Part shown: one piece after another, positions 12,930 through 25,200 of the stretch
Numbering within the stretch: the stretch's first letter is position 1
How the letters are laid out: every line of letters starts with the position of its first letter
DNA from: Basidiobolus meristosporus CBS 931.73
Lineage: Eukaryota > Fungi > Basidiobolomycota
DNA length: 64,000 bases
Reading direction: 5' to 3'
Assembly: GCA_002104905.1 (NCBI GenBank)
Contig: MCFE01000118.1
Span: 98,658 to 162,657, forward strand
Position numbers and translations under genes: made by a program
The notes under the pieces: model-generated
Seen by the model: the letters and a program-made list of their open reading frames with translations, nothing else
Databases searched by the model: none
What the model was told of the DNA's origin: nothing

Positions 12930-13159
12930 GTTTCAGGGTTAGTACATAATGCTTGGTAAGAGTGCTAATTTGCTCTTGACTCTAAGGGAAAACTCATAGG
13001 ATCATAGATCTGAAGAATGTGACAGCATTTGGGCTGTAAATAAGTCCTACAGTGACCAAAGCTAGTTCAGAATTGTTAAGTAAACTTTTAGCTGCTGAAT
13101 GAGATCATAAAGTCCAATATTTTGACATCAACAAGAACCCTATACCTTTTCAAGCCTAA

Positions 13160-14900
13160 GAACATAGTGAGGTGAAGGATGAACTTGAAGATAACTCAGA
13201 GCCCTCATTCCTTATGGCAGAAGAATTCGCATTGCAAATGACCTTAAACTCAGGGAAGCTATTAAACTTGAATGGAGTATTCAATGGAGTGCCTACCAAG
13301 ATCATAATTGACTCAGGAGCATCACACAGGTACATATCAGGACAATTTGGCTTGAAAGCTGGAACCAACTTTAAATCCACCAAATCAACTTCAGTCTCAA
13401 CAGCTGTTGGGAACTTACACATGATCAACTGTGTTACTCAGCCAGTAAGAATGAAGATTAATGACTTTGAAGATGACCTACAGGCCTACATATTTGGGAG
13501 CTGCAAGCTTGACCTGTATTTGTAAAGACCTGGCTATTTTGTAGTAACATATAAATCTACTGGAGAACCCTTGTTACTCAGATCCACAAGAACAATGAGA
13601 ATTATGAGCTATTACCTGACAGACTGGATTTCAGCTTGGTCAATTGTAGTGTGAGTGAATCAAGTGAGCTTGGCAAGACACAGTTCTATAGAACACTTAG
13701 GAAAGGCACCCAAATGTTCCTCATGGTGGTATTACAGGAAAATTCCTCTACTGCATCACCCCAAAGGTCCAGACTCCTTTGAAGGAATATTCAGAAAAGT
13801 TTCCAGATGAATTTGTCAGCCTACCACCAGTCAGAGACATAAATCATGCTATTGACACAGGAGATAGCCCTCCAGTCAGCAAGACACCTTACAGAAAAAT
13901 TCCATTGGAATTGGAAAAGATAAAGAGACATATAGGTCAGTTATTGGAGCAAGGATATATCACACACAGCAAGTCACCTTAGGGGGGCACCAGTGCTTTT
14001 TGTGAAAAAAAAGGATGGAACACTTAGGATGTGCATTGACCACTGAGCCCTTAACTCATTTACCTTGAAGAATAAGCACCCCATACCTTGGATAGAGGAG
14101 CTTTTGGCACAGCTCAATAGAGTAACCCTATTCAGCAAGATTGACCTCATGGCAGGATACACTCAAATAAGGTTGAAACCAGAAGATATCCCTACAACAG
14201 CACTCAGGACCAGATATGGACATTTTATGCACTTAGTCATGGATTTTTGCTTCACCAATGCTCCTGCAACATCCATGACCTTGATGCAAACTGTCTTCCA
14301 GGAGTACTTGGGCAAGTTTGTGGTAATATATCTAGAAAACACATTGATATACTGCAAGACAGAATAAGACCACTTAGTGCACATTGAAAGGTCATGAAGA
14401 AGCTAAGAGATAACAAGCTATATGGCATGCTAGCAAAGTGTGAGTTCTTCAAGGAGCAAACTGAGTATCTAGGATACATAGTGGCTAGCTCTGGAATCAC
14501 CTTAGACCCTGCAAGAGTTGAAGTTATCAAGAATCTGAAGCAGCCTTATAGCATTTCAGAACTCAGATCATTCCTTGCAATGGCTCCCTATTATCAGAGA
14601 TTGTTTAAGTTGTTTGCAGCTATTGCAGCCTCTTTAGGTGATATCTATAAGAAACACAACACCATGAAGTGGGACACTGCTTGTGAGACTACCTTTCAGA
14701 AGCTGAAGTATGAGGCTGCTCAGCTGCCAGGCTTAAGAATACCTGGCTTCAGAAATGAGCTTACTCTGTGCACAGATGCTTCAGATTATGCATTTGGTGG
14801 AGTAGTGAGCCAAGAACATGATGGAAAGGACTTCCCAATTGCTGTTGAATTTAAGAAGTTGAGCTCAGCAGAAGAAAACTGTCCAGTGCATGAGAAACTT
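13160..14900 (+). pseudogene. Ty3/gypsy pol fragment (PR-RT-RNase H), paralogue of 108-2764 in the opposite orientation
   Basis: [64 protein letters not shown]. Collinear with the first gypsy copy. Confidence 0.93.
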
Positions 14901-15875
14901 ATACACCACCACATTGCTTGAATTTCTTAATTCTTCATCCAGGAGCCTTCCATATAGGCAACTTAAGGTTGAATCTTCAGTTCTGGTCTTTAGGGCTGAT
15001 GCAAGGCCCCAAAACATGTCTGGCAGGCTACTCAGGATGGTTACTATCACATCCTCATCAGTAGTTGGTATGCTCACAGATTCTTTTGTATCCACCAGCA
15101 GGATAATTCTTTTAATTAGATTTTTCATTTCTTCTCCTGGCTGCATCTAGTAGTGAAGAATTTTTATTTAAGATACATTTTCTTGGCAGCTGATCATGAC
15201 TGGTGGATGTCATCCAATGCCTTCCAGGCATTCTTTGCTGTTTTTGCTCTTAAGCATTGAATTAGCAATTTGTCTTTAACAATAATGCAAATGCAGTTAA
15301 AAGGACTTTGTTCTTTCCTTTTGGCACTTTAAGGCTTCCTCTCCCACATTTTAGGTGGGCATTCTTGTCCCATGACAATATCCCTGGGACATCTTTTTTG
15401 TTGCTGCATCTTCATATTCACCTTTCACAATTGGAAGTTAGATCCATCCAATTTTTGAGCAGAGGGAGAATTTCCAGTACTAGCAGTTGTAGAGATTGCA
15501 GAGAGTGACAGCACAAGGCTCATAACCTATTGTACAAGTATTGGAAATACTGGAAGTGATTGGGAGGACAAGTGGATTATGTGGTTTTCACTTAATGATT
15601 TATGTAATGTTAAGTAGTATTTGTAATTTTATATGGTCTTGGCATAACAAATGCATAGAATAGCTTTAGAGAGGTCCCAAGAACATGTGTGCAAAGCTTG
15701 GAGCTGTTTAGACAACTTTGAGAATTTACACATTCTGGGTACCTGATATTTTGGTGAAAATATTCCAAGTAAATCCCAACAAGGAATTTGGTCCGTGTTC
15801 TCTAGGATTTGAAAATACTGATCTAAGTGACCAAGTTAGGTGAATATCTAGGTGAAGCTACAAATTCTTACAAAA
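14900..15875 (-). mobile_element. Main copia family, 5' part in reverse orientation (LTR 15528-15875, PBS 15517-15527, gag)
   Basis: Reverse complement of the 349-bp LTR seen at 28631 and 59464; PBS GGTTATGAGCC; gag MQPGEEMKNLIKRIILLVD matches 59844 onward. Confidence 0.9.
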
Positions 15876-16512
15876 CTTATAAGGATTCACAACAGGATTG
15901 TGTGGGATGTTCTGATGCTCATTGGGGGCAAAATTCAGAAGACAGAAGATTCAGCACAGGATACACTTTTCTTTACTGTCAAGGAGCAATCTCATGGAAC
16001 TCAAGAAAGCAACCAGCTGTAGCACTTTCCACCACAGTGGTATCATATATAGCAGCCTGTGAAGCTACAAAGGAAGCAATGTGGCTGAGAAAACCTTTTA
16101 CAAATATAGGCCTATGTCAAAAAAATGCCTATTACTTTATTTGAAGATAGTATAGGATGTAAACAACTGGGTATAAATCCAACTTTCATGCCAGAACTAA
16201 CCACATAGCTATTAGACATTATTTCATATGTGAAGTTATAAAGAACAACTTAGTTAGCTTAGGTTAATGTCCTCAGATGAAATGATGCAGACATGTTTAC
16301 AAAACCACTGACTAGAGACAACTTAGAGTATTTTAGGTCAAAATTAGGACCAGTCAATATGAGCATTGAGCTGAATGGGAGAGTTGTAGAAATTAGTAAT
16401 CCCACCTAAATATTTGCCCAACTTAGTCACTTAGATTACTACCTTCAAATCTTAGAGAATACTGACTAAATTCCTGGTGAAATTTACTTGGAATATTTTC
16501 ACCAAAATATTA
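15876..16512 (+). pseudogene. Main copia family, RT/RNase H end with PPT and a 3' LTR fragment (16382-16512) cut by the Harbinger-type insertion
   Basis: SDAHWGQNSEDRRFSTGY...ISWNSRKQPAVALST; PPT gctgaatgggag; the LTR start matches 28631. Confidence 0.9.
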
Positions 16513-16808
16513 GACTTGTTCCATTGGATATTGCCACATAGTGCCAGCCTCTTTATGGTGCTGGATCAATCTGGCACTCTATGGCACTATCTGGCACTAT
16601 AACTTCTACCATGATGCCAGTGGTATGATACAGTTACTGGTAATTTTACTCAATCTCATTTATGTTGCTCATAATAGTGCTTTCCTTGCTTTATTTACTC
16701 TTCATAATGCTCCAGACACATTTCTCTCAGTGGATGTCTTCTTGTATGAACATACTCTGCATTAATAAGTATCTTAACTATTTTACCTATTCTGCTGTTT
16801 TCTCCTAT

Positions 16809-17620
16809 TTATGACTTTCCTCTGTATTTACCTGCCAATATGCTGAATCTCTTCAGATATCCAAATGTGTGCTCTACCCTCACTCTGAAATGATTAAATA
16901 TCTCATTGTAGAGCTTCTGCTTCCTGCTAAGCTCAACATTACTTGGCTTCCTATAAGCTGTAATACATCCTAATCTCTGACAATCCTCTCCTATATAGGC
17001 TAAGTCTGCCATACATTTCTCCCCTCTACTGAATTCAGGATGATTCTCTACCCAGAGTGCTTTGTCATGCCTACTTCCAGCAAATGGCCCACTAAACCAG
17101 ATGATGTTACCCTCAATGTCAGACAGTGCTTGAAACTTCACACAGTGTGCCTTGTACTTGCCAGAATAAAAGTGCCTCTGCCCTCTAGAAGGTCTGTTAA
17201 TCCTCACTGGGAAGGTATCCAAAAACTCCTGATATGGAACCTGTTGCTGAACACTCTGGGATATGGAAGTCTATTGGAGCTTCTGAACCTAGTATTCCAA
17301 GCTTGCTCTAAGTCATTCATACCCACTGCAAGGTGGTCCTCCATTGCTGTCAGCTGGGAATGAAAGCTTCTAAGACTTTTGTTGCCATGGATGGTGGGTT
17401 GAAACCTTGTAGGGCAATAGTTCTTGTAATAGCAGAGAAGCTTAACAAGGGATCTCCTTGAGTAGATTGGGGTAGATGGTCCACAGTACTTGGAATAGAT
17501 CTCCTCTAGTGTGTCAAAAGGAAATCCAGTGGTAGTGATGGGATAGATGAGAAAAGACCATTCAGATGAGTAAGTCATATTAAAACTGGTGGATGATTGT
17601 ATGGAGGCAGTTTGAATCAA
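16809..17620 (-). pseudogene. DDE_Tnp_4-type (Harbinger/IS5-like) transposase with one +1 frameshift in a T run near 17220
   Basis: (GVL)DTFPVRINRP...FYSGKYKAHCVKFQ...SGPFAGSRHD...ADLAYIG...RVRVEHTFGYLKRFSIL contains the D-D-E triad motifs typical of this family. Confidence 0.9.
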
Positions 17621-17937
17621 TTTGGCGCAATCTGCATTATTTATCTGATTTTTAATACATTATGGTTAAATCTCCATCAATTGCCATGTATCCCATCATT
17701 GTGTTGCAAAAATCATTTGCAAACAATGCCTTGGTACTTTTATTGATGCTTTAATCATAGGCCTATAATCAAATAGGAAATCTGCAATTGATGTGATCTG
17801 ATCTGTGTCAATGCAATCCAAGATGCATCATGCATAATATATGAAAAATTCGACAATCACATTGGTTTTCATTTATATTTCATATAACACCAGGTTGATG
17901 CCAATATACTGCTGTATAAGTATCTAAATTTGTTGCT

Positions 17938-19098
17938 ATGGTCCCCATACCAAGCCTCAACTTATCTTTAGTACAACCCAGACAAAACCCATTCCCCAGC
18001 TCACAAGCGCGGTCTGGACCAGAAAAGTTGATGTTGGATCCGTTTGAGTTCTTGCCAAATGCTTTTAGTATGGCCCAAGTGTCTATGATGAGCCTTCATA
18101 CAGATATTTGGGCACTACTGATTAATCTAGCAGAACTAGATACCTCAGAGAGTCAACAAAGATGGAAGAATTTGAGTAGAAAGCTGTGGCATGAGTTCTC
18201 CATCAAGATGCCAGCCAATGTATGTAAGAAGATATATAACAAGAGAAGTATTGAAATCAAGAATGAGCTGAGAGTGAGGGGATTTGACAAAGAAGCCATG
18301 CAGGAACAATTTTGCATGCAATTTGCACAGTACGGGCCGGACGCGTCCGTTTGTGCCTCAACTTTGGGAACCAAAGAGATTTTGAATGAGTTTTTGCCTC
18401 AAATGACTAATGTATTACAGGATATATTAGTAGAGCTAAGTGGCTTCCAAGAGCAATATACACAGGACACATCCAGGCAACAGCTCCAAAGTATCAGACA
18501 GAGGGTAAGTGAATACCTTGAGGAATCAGATGGTGAGCTATGGGAGGAAGAATACAGACCGCAAGCAACATTGTCCAGATCACGCCAGCATGCCTTGCTG
18601 GATGCCCTACCATCTCTTGCAACCACAGCGTGCTGGTGCATGTCAGTCCAGACCACGCTAACACCCTTTACCAGAACGCCCTGCATTGAGTCAACGTGCA
18701 TTGAGCCAACGCACATGCTTCAGAGCAAAACTACAAGAACTTGCCAAACTGCTCATTTAGACACAAGTCCATTGGAGCAGACCAAGTTGCATCAACAAGC
18801 AGCATCACATCAAACTCAGCCAAGGGCCATCTCAACGTGTCAAGGTGCACCTGCACATGCAGTTATGCCTGACCATCAGCAGGTTACTTCTGGTAAACTG
18901 ACTGATGATGACCAACATGAAGTGCCTCAACCACTGGAGCTCTTAGCAAGTAAAAGAACGCGTCAGCGCATGGCACTACAGGCCAGTTCAGTTGGTTCAG
19001 TCGGAGCAATTCAGCACGGCCAAGCTGCAGCATTGCACTCATCAACTAGGAGGCAAAATACTGACTACAAATACACAAGTAGCCAAGATGTGTGGTAA
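17938..19098 (+). CDS. 386-aa partner ORF of the Harbinger-type element, with a putative Myb/SANT (trihelix)-like DNA-binding region and a low-complexity tail
   Basis: Open 386 codons. RWKNLSRKLWHEFSIKMPANVCKKIYNK resembles the trihelix W...L...F......C motif. The N-terminal half is also present in the inverted second copy, so it belongs to the element. Confidence 0.6.
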   Translation: MVPIPSLNLSLVQPRQNPFPSSQARSGPEKLMLDPFEFLPNAFSMAQVSMMSLHTDIWALLINLAELDTSESQQRWKNLSRKLWHEFSIKMPANVCKKIYNKRSIEIKNELRVRGFDKEAMQEQFCMQFAQYGPDASVCASTLGTKEILNEFLPQMTNVLQDILVELSGFQEQYTQDTSRQQLQSIRQRVSEYLEESDGELWEEEYRPQATLSRSRQHALLDALPSLATTACWCMSVQTTLTPFTRTPCIESTCIEPTHMLQSKTTRTCQTAHLDTSPLEQTKLHQQAASHQTQPRAISTCQGAPAHAVMPDHQQVTSGKLTDDDQHEVPQPLELLASKRTRQRMALQASSVGSVGAIQHGQAAALHSSTRRQNTDYKYTSSQDVW

Positions 19099-19776
19099 TG
19101 GAAAGTATTCCATTACTACAATATCTCTAAACCAATATTGCACTCATTTCTTTATTTTGCTTTTTGCTATTGTAACACACAAGAGAAAGATCAAGAATTT
19201 CCAACTTTGAAGAGCAAATGCTCCAGACCCTGACAAGCAATCCACCCAAGAATATTATATCATACAGAACACGTAGTAGCCAACACATGTTTCAAATTAC
19301 AGCTCATTTGAAGCAGTACTTAAGGAGTTATGACCAAAAGAGTCCAACTATTATATATACTATGCCTTATTGCTAGGATCACTATGGTGACTTTGATCGC
19401 GTGTAACTTTTGAACCAGCCAATCAAATCACGTGAAATTTTCACAGGTGCTGCGCCTATGTCTGGTCTGCGCCACTGCAAAATTTTAGCTTCGTATCACG
19501 TGTATTGCTTGCGCAATTGCCCAAAAACTTTGATCCTTCAAAATTTTCATATATATGACTTCCCCAGCTGAAAAATAAAGAAGGAGCCTCTCTTTCCAGA
19601 ATCTCCACACTACGATTACAAGTTTAAAGGTTATAAGACTTCCCCTGCATCACTTGCACTGTTGAGTATTCTGACTTTGATCGGTACTACATCAGTAAAG
19701 AGACTGCAAAGCTCACAAGAATCCAATCTAAGTTCTACAAGAAACTACCACTTTTCTGTCGGAAAAGTCCCCTCTA

Positions 19777-20020
19777 AGAAACCCCTTTACTCTAAAGACA
19801 CCCCTTTAGACACCCCTTTAGTCTAAAGACCCCTTTAGAGACCCCTTTGAGAAACCCCTTTACTCTAAAGAAGCCCCTTTAGGCACCCCTTTAGTGTAGA
19901 GTCCACTTTAGAGACCACTACAAGAAGCCCCTTTACTCTAAAGACACCCCTTTAGACACCCCTTTAGGTCTAAAGACCCCTTTAGAGACTTCTACAACAC
20001 ACCCCTTTAGGTTAAAGGGG
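19777..20020. repeat. Tandem repeat of a ~73-bp unit (about 3.3 copies), each unit built from CCCCTTTA motifs
   Basis: Units start near 19777, 19850 and 19923 (AGAAACCCCTTTACTCTAAAGACACCCCTTTAGACACCCCTTTAG...). The array ends in the hairpin CCCCTTTA-GGT-TAAAGGGG at 20002-20020. Confidence 0.9.
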
Positions 20021-21036
20021 AGTTCAGAATTTCCATATTAGGAAATATTTTCTCAGAAAGGAAATTGACTTCCAAATAAGGAAAAGTTACTATAAAAGTA
20101 AATAAGCCCATTAGTCGACAGAAGGTCAGAACACTGCTGTAGAAGTGATAAACACTGCCTACAGTATATTTTGAGCCCAAGATTGAGGAAATTAGTGAAA
20201 GTTATATCTTCTATCGGTATATCAAACTCCCAATAAAGTATTTCAGTATTAGCATACTGGAAGTTGTTGTATATTGTTGATTAGCCTCTACATTGTAGAA
20301 CAAGCCCCAAACTAATCATAATACAACACAACAGATGATAGTCAGCCAGGAAGTAGTATAGGTGTGCAAAGTGAGTCACTACCAAATGCTTCAGTAATAA
20401 TCCCTGTGAGAAAAAACCCAGGAGAAGATGATGCAATTGCTTTGAATCACTCACATTTGTAATGATCCCAACAACCCATTTTTTTGCAATCCAAATCAAG
20501 CCATTGCCAATCAGTGATCATCAATTTTTTGATATAAGTAAAATTGAGGTTGTCTCACATTTGAGACAGAACCCCTATAAATATACACCCTGCATATATA
20601 TACGTCATCTGTAATACCAGTGCAGCAATTGGATCTGTTTTGCGCCTACACAATTGCTTGCATGCTAGCTATGACACCTTGTCCAATCACTAGGATCAGG
20701 GATTTACTTCCTCAATGGGCAAAATGGGATATATGATGGCAAATCAGGTAGCTTTTTCAGTAGTCAATGAGCCAATTAGGGGCTGCCAGCTTCAGGATAC
20801 TTTGGGACCAATTAACCACTGAGATACCGTCCAATTGGAGTGAGGGTAACCAAAATGGTAAGTATCAGTGTAGTTTATAGTGTGATACACATTTATTTCC
20901 ATTTACATTAAAGAAACATATCCAAATACCGGATTTTACCTGCCATAATAGTGGTATCCAATCATGCACGTGATGCAAACATTGCAAGTTGGCGCAATCA
21001 TCTGTGCCAACCTCATTGTGTCAGATTGTTAATGTA

Positions 21037-22207
21037 TCAAGGTATTCATTTACCCTCTGTGTGATACTTTGGAACTGTTGCCATGATGAGCCCTGTGAGT
21101 ATTGCTCTTGGAAGCCATTTAGCTCTGTTAATATATCATGCAGTACATTGGTCATTTTAGGCAAAAATTAATTCAAAATCTCATTGGGTCCCAAAGTTGT
21201 GGCACAAATGGATGCATCCAGCCTGTACTGTGCAAATTGTGTGTGGAACTTTTTACGTGCGGCTTCCTCATCAAATCCCCTCTCTCTCAGCTCATTCTTG
21301 ATTTAAATTCTTGTCTTGTTATATATCTTCTTGTGTACATCTGCTAGCATCTTAATGTAGGACTCATGCCACACCTTTCTACTCAGATTCTTCCATTTCT
21401 GTCAACTGTCTGAGGTATCCAGTTCTGCTAGATTAATGACTAGTGCCCAACTATCTGTATGAAGGCTCATCATAGACACTTGGGCCATACTAAAATCATT
21501 TGGCAAGAACTCAAACAGATCCAACATTGACTTTTCTGGTCCATACTGCACTTGTCAGCTATGGATTGGGTTTATCTGACTTGTACTAAAGATGAGTTGG
21601 GACTTGGTATAGGGACCATAGTGACCAATTTGGATACTTATAGAGTAGTTTATAGGTATCAAGCAGGTCTTGTATCAGATATATATGGAAACCAATGTGA
21701 TTGTTGAGTTTTCAATATATTATGCGTGATGCATCTTGGATTGCATTGACATGTATCAGATCACATCAATTACAGATTTCCTATTTGATTATAGAGTTGT
21801 GAGTAAGTCATCCACAAAACCACCAAGTCATTGTTTGAGGAAGTTTTTTGCAATATAATGATTGGATACATGGCAATTGATGGAGATTTAATTGTAGTGC
21901 ATGGAAAATCAGATAAATTAAGCTGATTGCACCAATTTGATTCACATCACCTCTGTTTGATCATACACTAATTTTGATATGACTTACTCATCTTAATGGT
22001 CTTTTCTAATCAATCCCATTACTATGGCTGATTTCCTTTTGGCACATTAAAGGAGATCTATACCAAGCACTATGGACCATCTACCCCAATTTACTCAAGT
22101 AGATCCCTTGTTAAGCTACTCTGCTATTACACAAACTATTGGCATGCAAAGTTTCATCCCACCATCCATGGCAACAAAAGTGCTAGAAGCTTTGATTCAC
22201 AACTGAC
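21037..22207 (-). mobile_element. Second, diverged and truncated copy of the Harbinger-type element, inverted relative to 17349-18521
   Basis: Collinear reverse-complement match across the transposase 5' half, the intergenic region and the partner-ORF 5' half (roughly 80-85% by eye). Confidence 0.88.
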
Positions 22208-22212
22208 TACAG

Positions 22213-25200
22213 GCCTTAAAGTACTAGAAGCAAGAACAATGTGCCTTTAACTGCATTTGCCTTAATGTTAAGGACAAATTGCTAATTCAATGCTCAAGAG
22301 CAAAAACAGCAAAAAACGCCTGGAAAGCATTAGAAGGCATCTCCCAGTCATGTTCAGCTGCTAAGAAAATGTATATGAGTCAAAAATTCTTTACTACAAA
22401 GATGCTGCCAGGAGAAGAAATGAAAAATCTAGCAACAGAATTACCCTGCTGGTAGATGAAATGGAATCTGTGGGAGTACCAGCTACTGATGAGGATGTGA
22501 AAGTTACCATCCTGAATACCCTGACAGACAAGCTTTGGGGCCTTGTATCAGCCCTAGAGTCCAGAACTGAAGATTTGACCCTTGATTACGTATATGGAAG
22601 GATCCTGGATGAAAATTTAAGAAAATCAAGCGCCAATAAGAAGGAAGAAGAAAATGCTTTAATAAGCAATGATAACCAGCAAAAGAGGTACCCAAGACCC
22701 TACAAAGGCAACAGAAACCTGTTTTGTAACTACTGCAAAAGGAAAGGACACACATCAGACCAGTACTTCAAAAAGAAAGATAGTCGGCAGAAAAAGCCTG
22801 AATATGGAAATGCTGCAACAACTGAAGATAGACTATTCATATCTGCACTAAATATGACTACAAACAAGGGTCCTCAGATGTGGTATATTGACTCTGGAGT
22901 ATCTCAACACTTTACACACCAAAAAGAACTTTTTACCCAATATCAAGAAATTCCAATTAAGAAAGTTTTCATGGGTGACAATAGAACACTTGATGCATTG
23001 GGAGAAGGAACTATCCTAGCAAACCTGAGAAGCAGTGAAGGAAGCCATACACTGACTTTCAAAGAAGTACTCTATGTACCCAAAATAGCCAAGAACATAT
23101 TATCTGTAAGAAGGCCACTGGAGAAGGACTCAATTTCAGCTTTGACAATTCTGGATGCAAGATCACTGATCAAAATGGTGCCCATTTTGCTTTGGGTATC
23201 AGAGATCAGAATCTCTACAAGTTGACTTATATTCCATCATATCTAGAAGCCTATGTAAGTAACTCAAATGAAGAAACACCAATGCTTTGGCACAGGAGAT
23301 TTGGACACATCAATATTGATTATTTGCACAAAATGATCATAGATTGGCAAATTTCTGGAGTAAAAATTGATCCCCCAGCTAGTTTGGAGTACTGTGAAGC
23401 CTGTATATATGGGAAACAACCCAGACAACAGTTCAAGAGCTCTGGGTTGATCAAAACTAAGAAAAAATTAGATCTAATTCACTCAGATCTGTGTGGACCT
23501 ATGCAAAATTTATCCTTAGGTGGAATGAAGTATTTAATCACTTTTGTTGATGATTATACAAGATCCGCATGGGTCTACTTCATGGACAAAAAAAACAAGC
23601 TCTGTCTAAGCTCAGGGAGCTCAAAGCCATGGTGGAGAGAGAAACTGGTGAAAAAATCAAGAAAATACCCTCTGACAATGGTGGAGAATATACCTCAAAA
23701 CTCTTCATCCACTTCTGCAAAATTTATGGGATAAAGCAAGAGACTACTGTAACATACTCCCCACAGCAAATTGGAGTAGCAGAACTTGCTAACAGATCAA
23801 TAATTGATATGTCAAGATCTATGAATCATAATCAAAAATTATCCTATAATATCTGGGTAGAATCAGTTGCCACTTCTGTATACCTTGAAATAGGAGTCAT
23901 AACAGAAGACTTAGTGATTCTACTCCATTTAAAGCATGGTTGGATACAGACCAAGTGCAGAACATCTATGAATATTTGGGTGTGCAGCATATGCCAAGAA
24001 ACTGCCCAGTAATCAGTCAAAATTTGAACCAAAAAGTGTAAAATGCATATTTTTGGGTTACTGTAATAAGAGTAAAGCATACAGACTCTACAATACCAAA
24101 GCAACAAAGCTAATCAAGTCCAGAGATGTGTTGTGTGATGAAAATTCAAAATGTTGACAAAAAATGTCATCAGATGATGATAACAATCTGATCCTAAGTC
24201 CACCAATTGTCAGGATTGAATCAGAGCAAAACAGTGAAATTTTTTCACTCCAGAGGCCTCTACAACCATGTTTCAGCCAGAATCAGTGCCCAGGAATATC
24301 CCAGAAGTGACCATACCAGTATCAAATGCCCAGAGATCCAACCAGTCAAGAAATAGACCAAATTACTATATCAGTGAGGGTACTAACTTAGCCTATGCCT
24401 ATTCAGTCCATATTGATGAACCCCAGACTGTAAAAGAGGCCCTAAATAGCCCTCAGACAAAGCTTTGGAGATCTGCAACAACTGAGGAATATCAGGCCCT
24501 GATGGAAAATCAAACTTGGAACTTGATCAAATTACCAATCAACCAAAAATCAATTTGATGCAGATGGGTCTTCAAGATAAAATACCAGGCTGATGGTACA
24601 ATTGAAAGATACAAAGCAAAACTTGTGGTCAAAGAATACTCTCCAACAAAAGGATCTGACTATACCGAGACCTTTGCACTGGTAGCCAAGTTTAATTCCA
24701 TCAGATTAATATTGGCTATTGCAGCCAAATATAAGTTTTTTATTCATCAAATGGATGTAAAAACTGCATTTTTGAATGGGGAACTTGATGAGGACTTGTA
24801 TATGGACCAGCCTCATGGGCCTGTTGACCAAGATAACCCCCATTTGGTCTGCAAGCTTAAAAAGTCACTATATGGTCTCATACAATCATCAAGAGCCTGG
24901 AATTGCAAGATAGATTCTTATTTGGAATCTTTTAGTTTCAAAAGGAGTAATGCTGTCTATAGTATATACTATAAGCCAGATAGAGTATATCCAGTTCTGT
25001 TAGCTCTATGTGTGGGTGATCTTCTTATTGCCGCCATTAACCTAGAAATATTGGAAGAGACTAAATCCAGCCTATCTAAGGAGTTCAAGATGTCCAATCT
25101 AGGAGAACTCAGTTACTACTTAGGGATTACGTTCTCCATAGACAGAGGTACTCAGACAATTACCCTAAGCTAATCCAAGTATATTCCAGATATACTAAAT

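Larger units (their letters stand above)
16513..19200. mobile_element. Two-ORF PIF/Harbinger-ISL2EU-type DNA transposon (left TIR at 16513; right end not found)
   Basis: TIR shared with the MITE, preceded by TTA. Three tandem 10-bp (C/A)TGGCACT(C/A)T subterminal motifs at 16571-16600. Divergent transposase and partner ORF. Confidence 0.8.

Noticed and set aside
19428-19503. TCACGTG pair as the CDEI of a point centromere
   Set aside because: There is no >90% AT CDEII or CDEIII motif, and point centromeres are restricted to Saccharomycetaceae.
19777-20020. CRISPR array or variant telomere tract
   Set aside because: There are no unique spacers and the context is eukaryotic. The motif CCCCTTTAG is neither CCCTAA nor TTAGGG.
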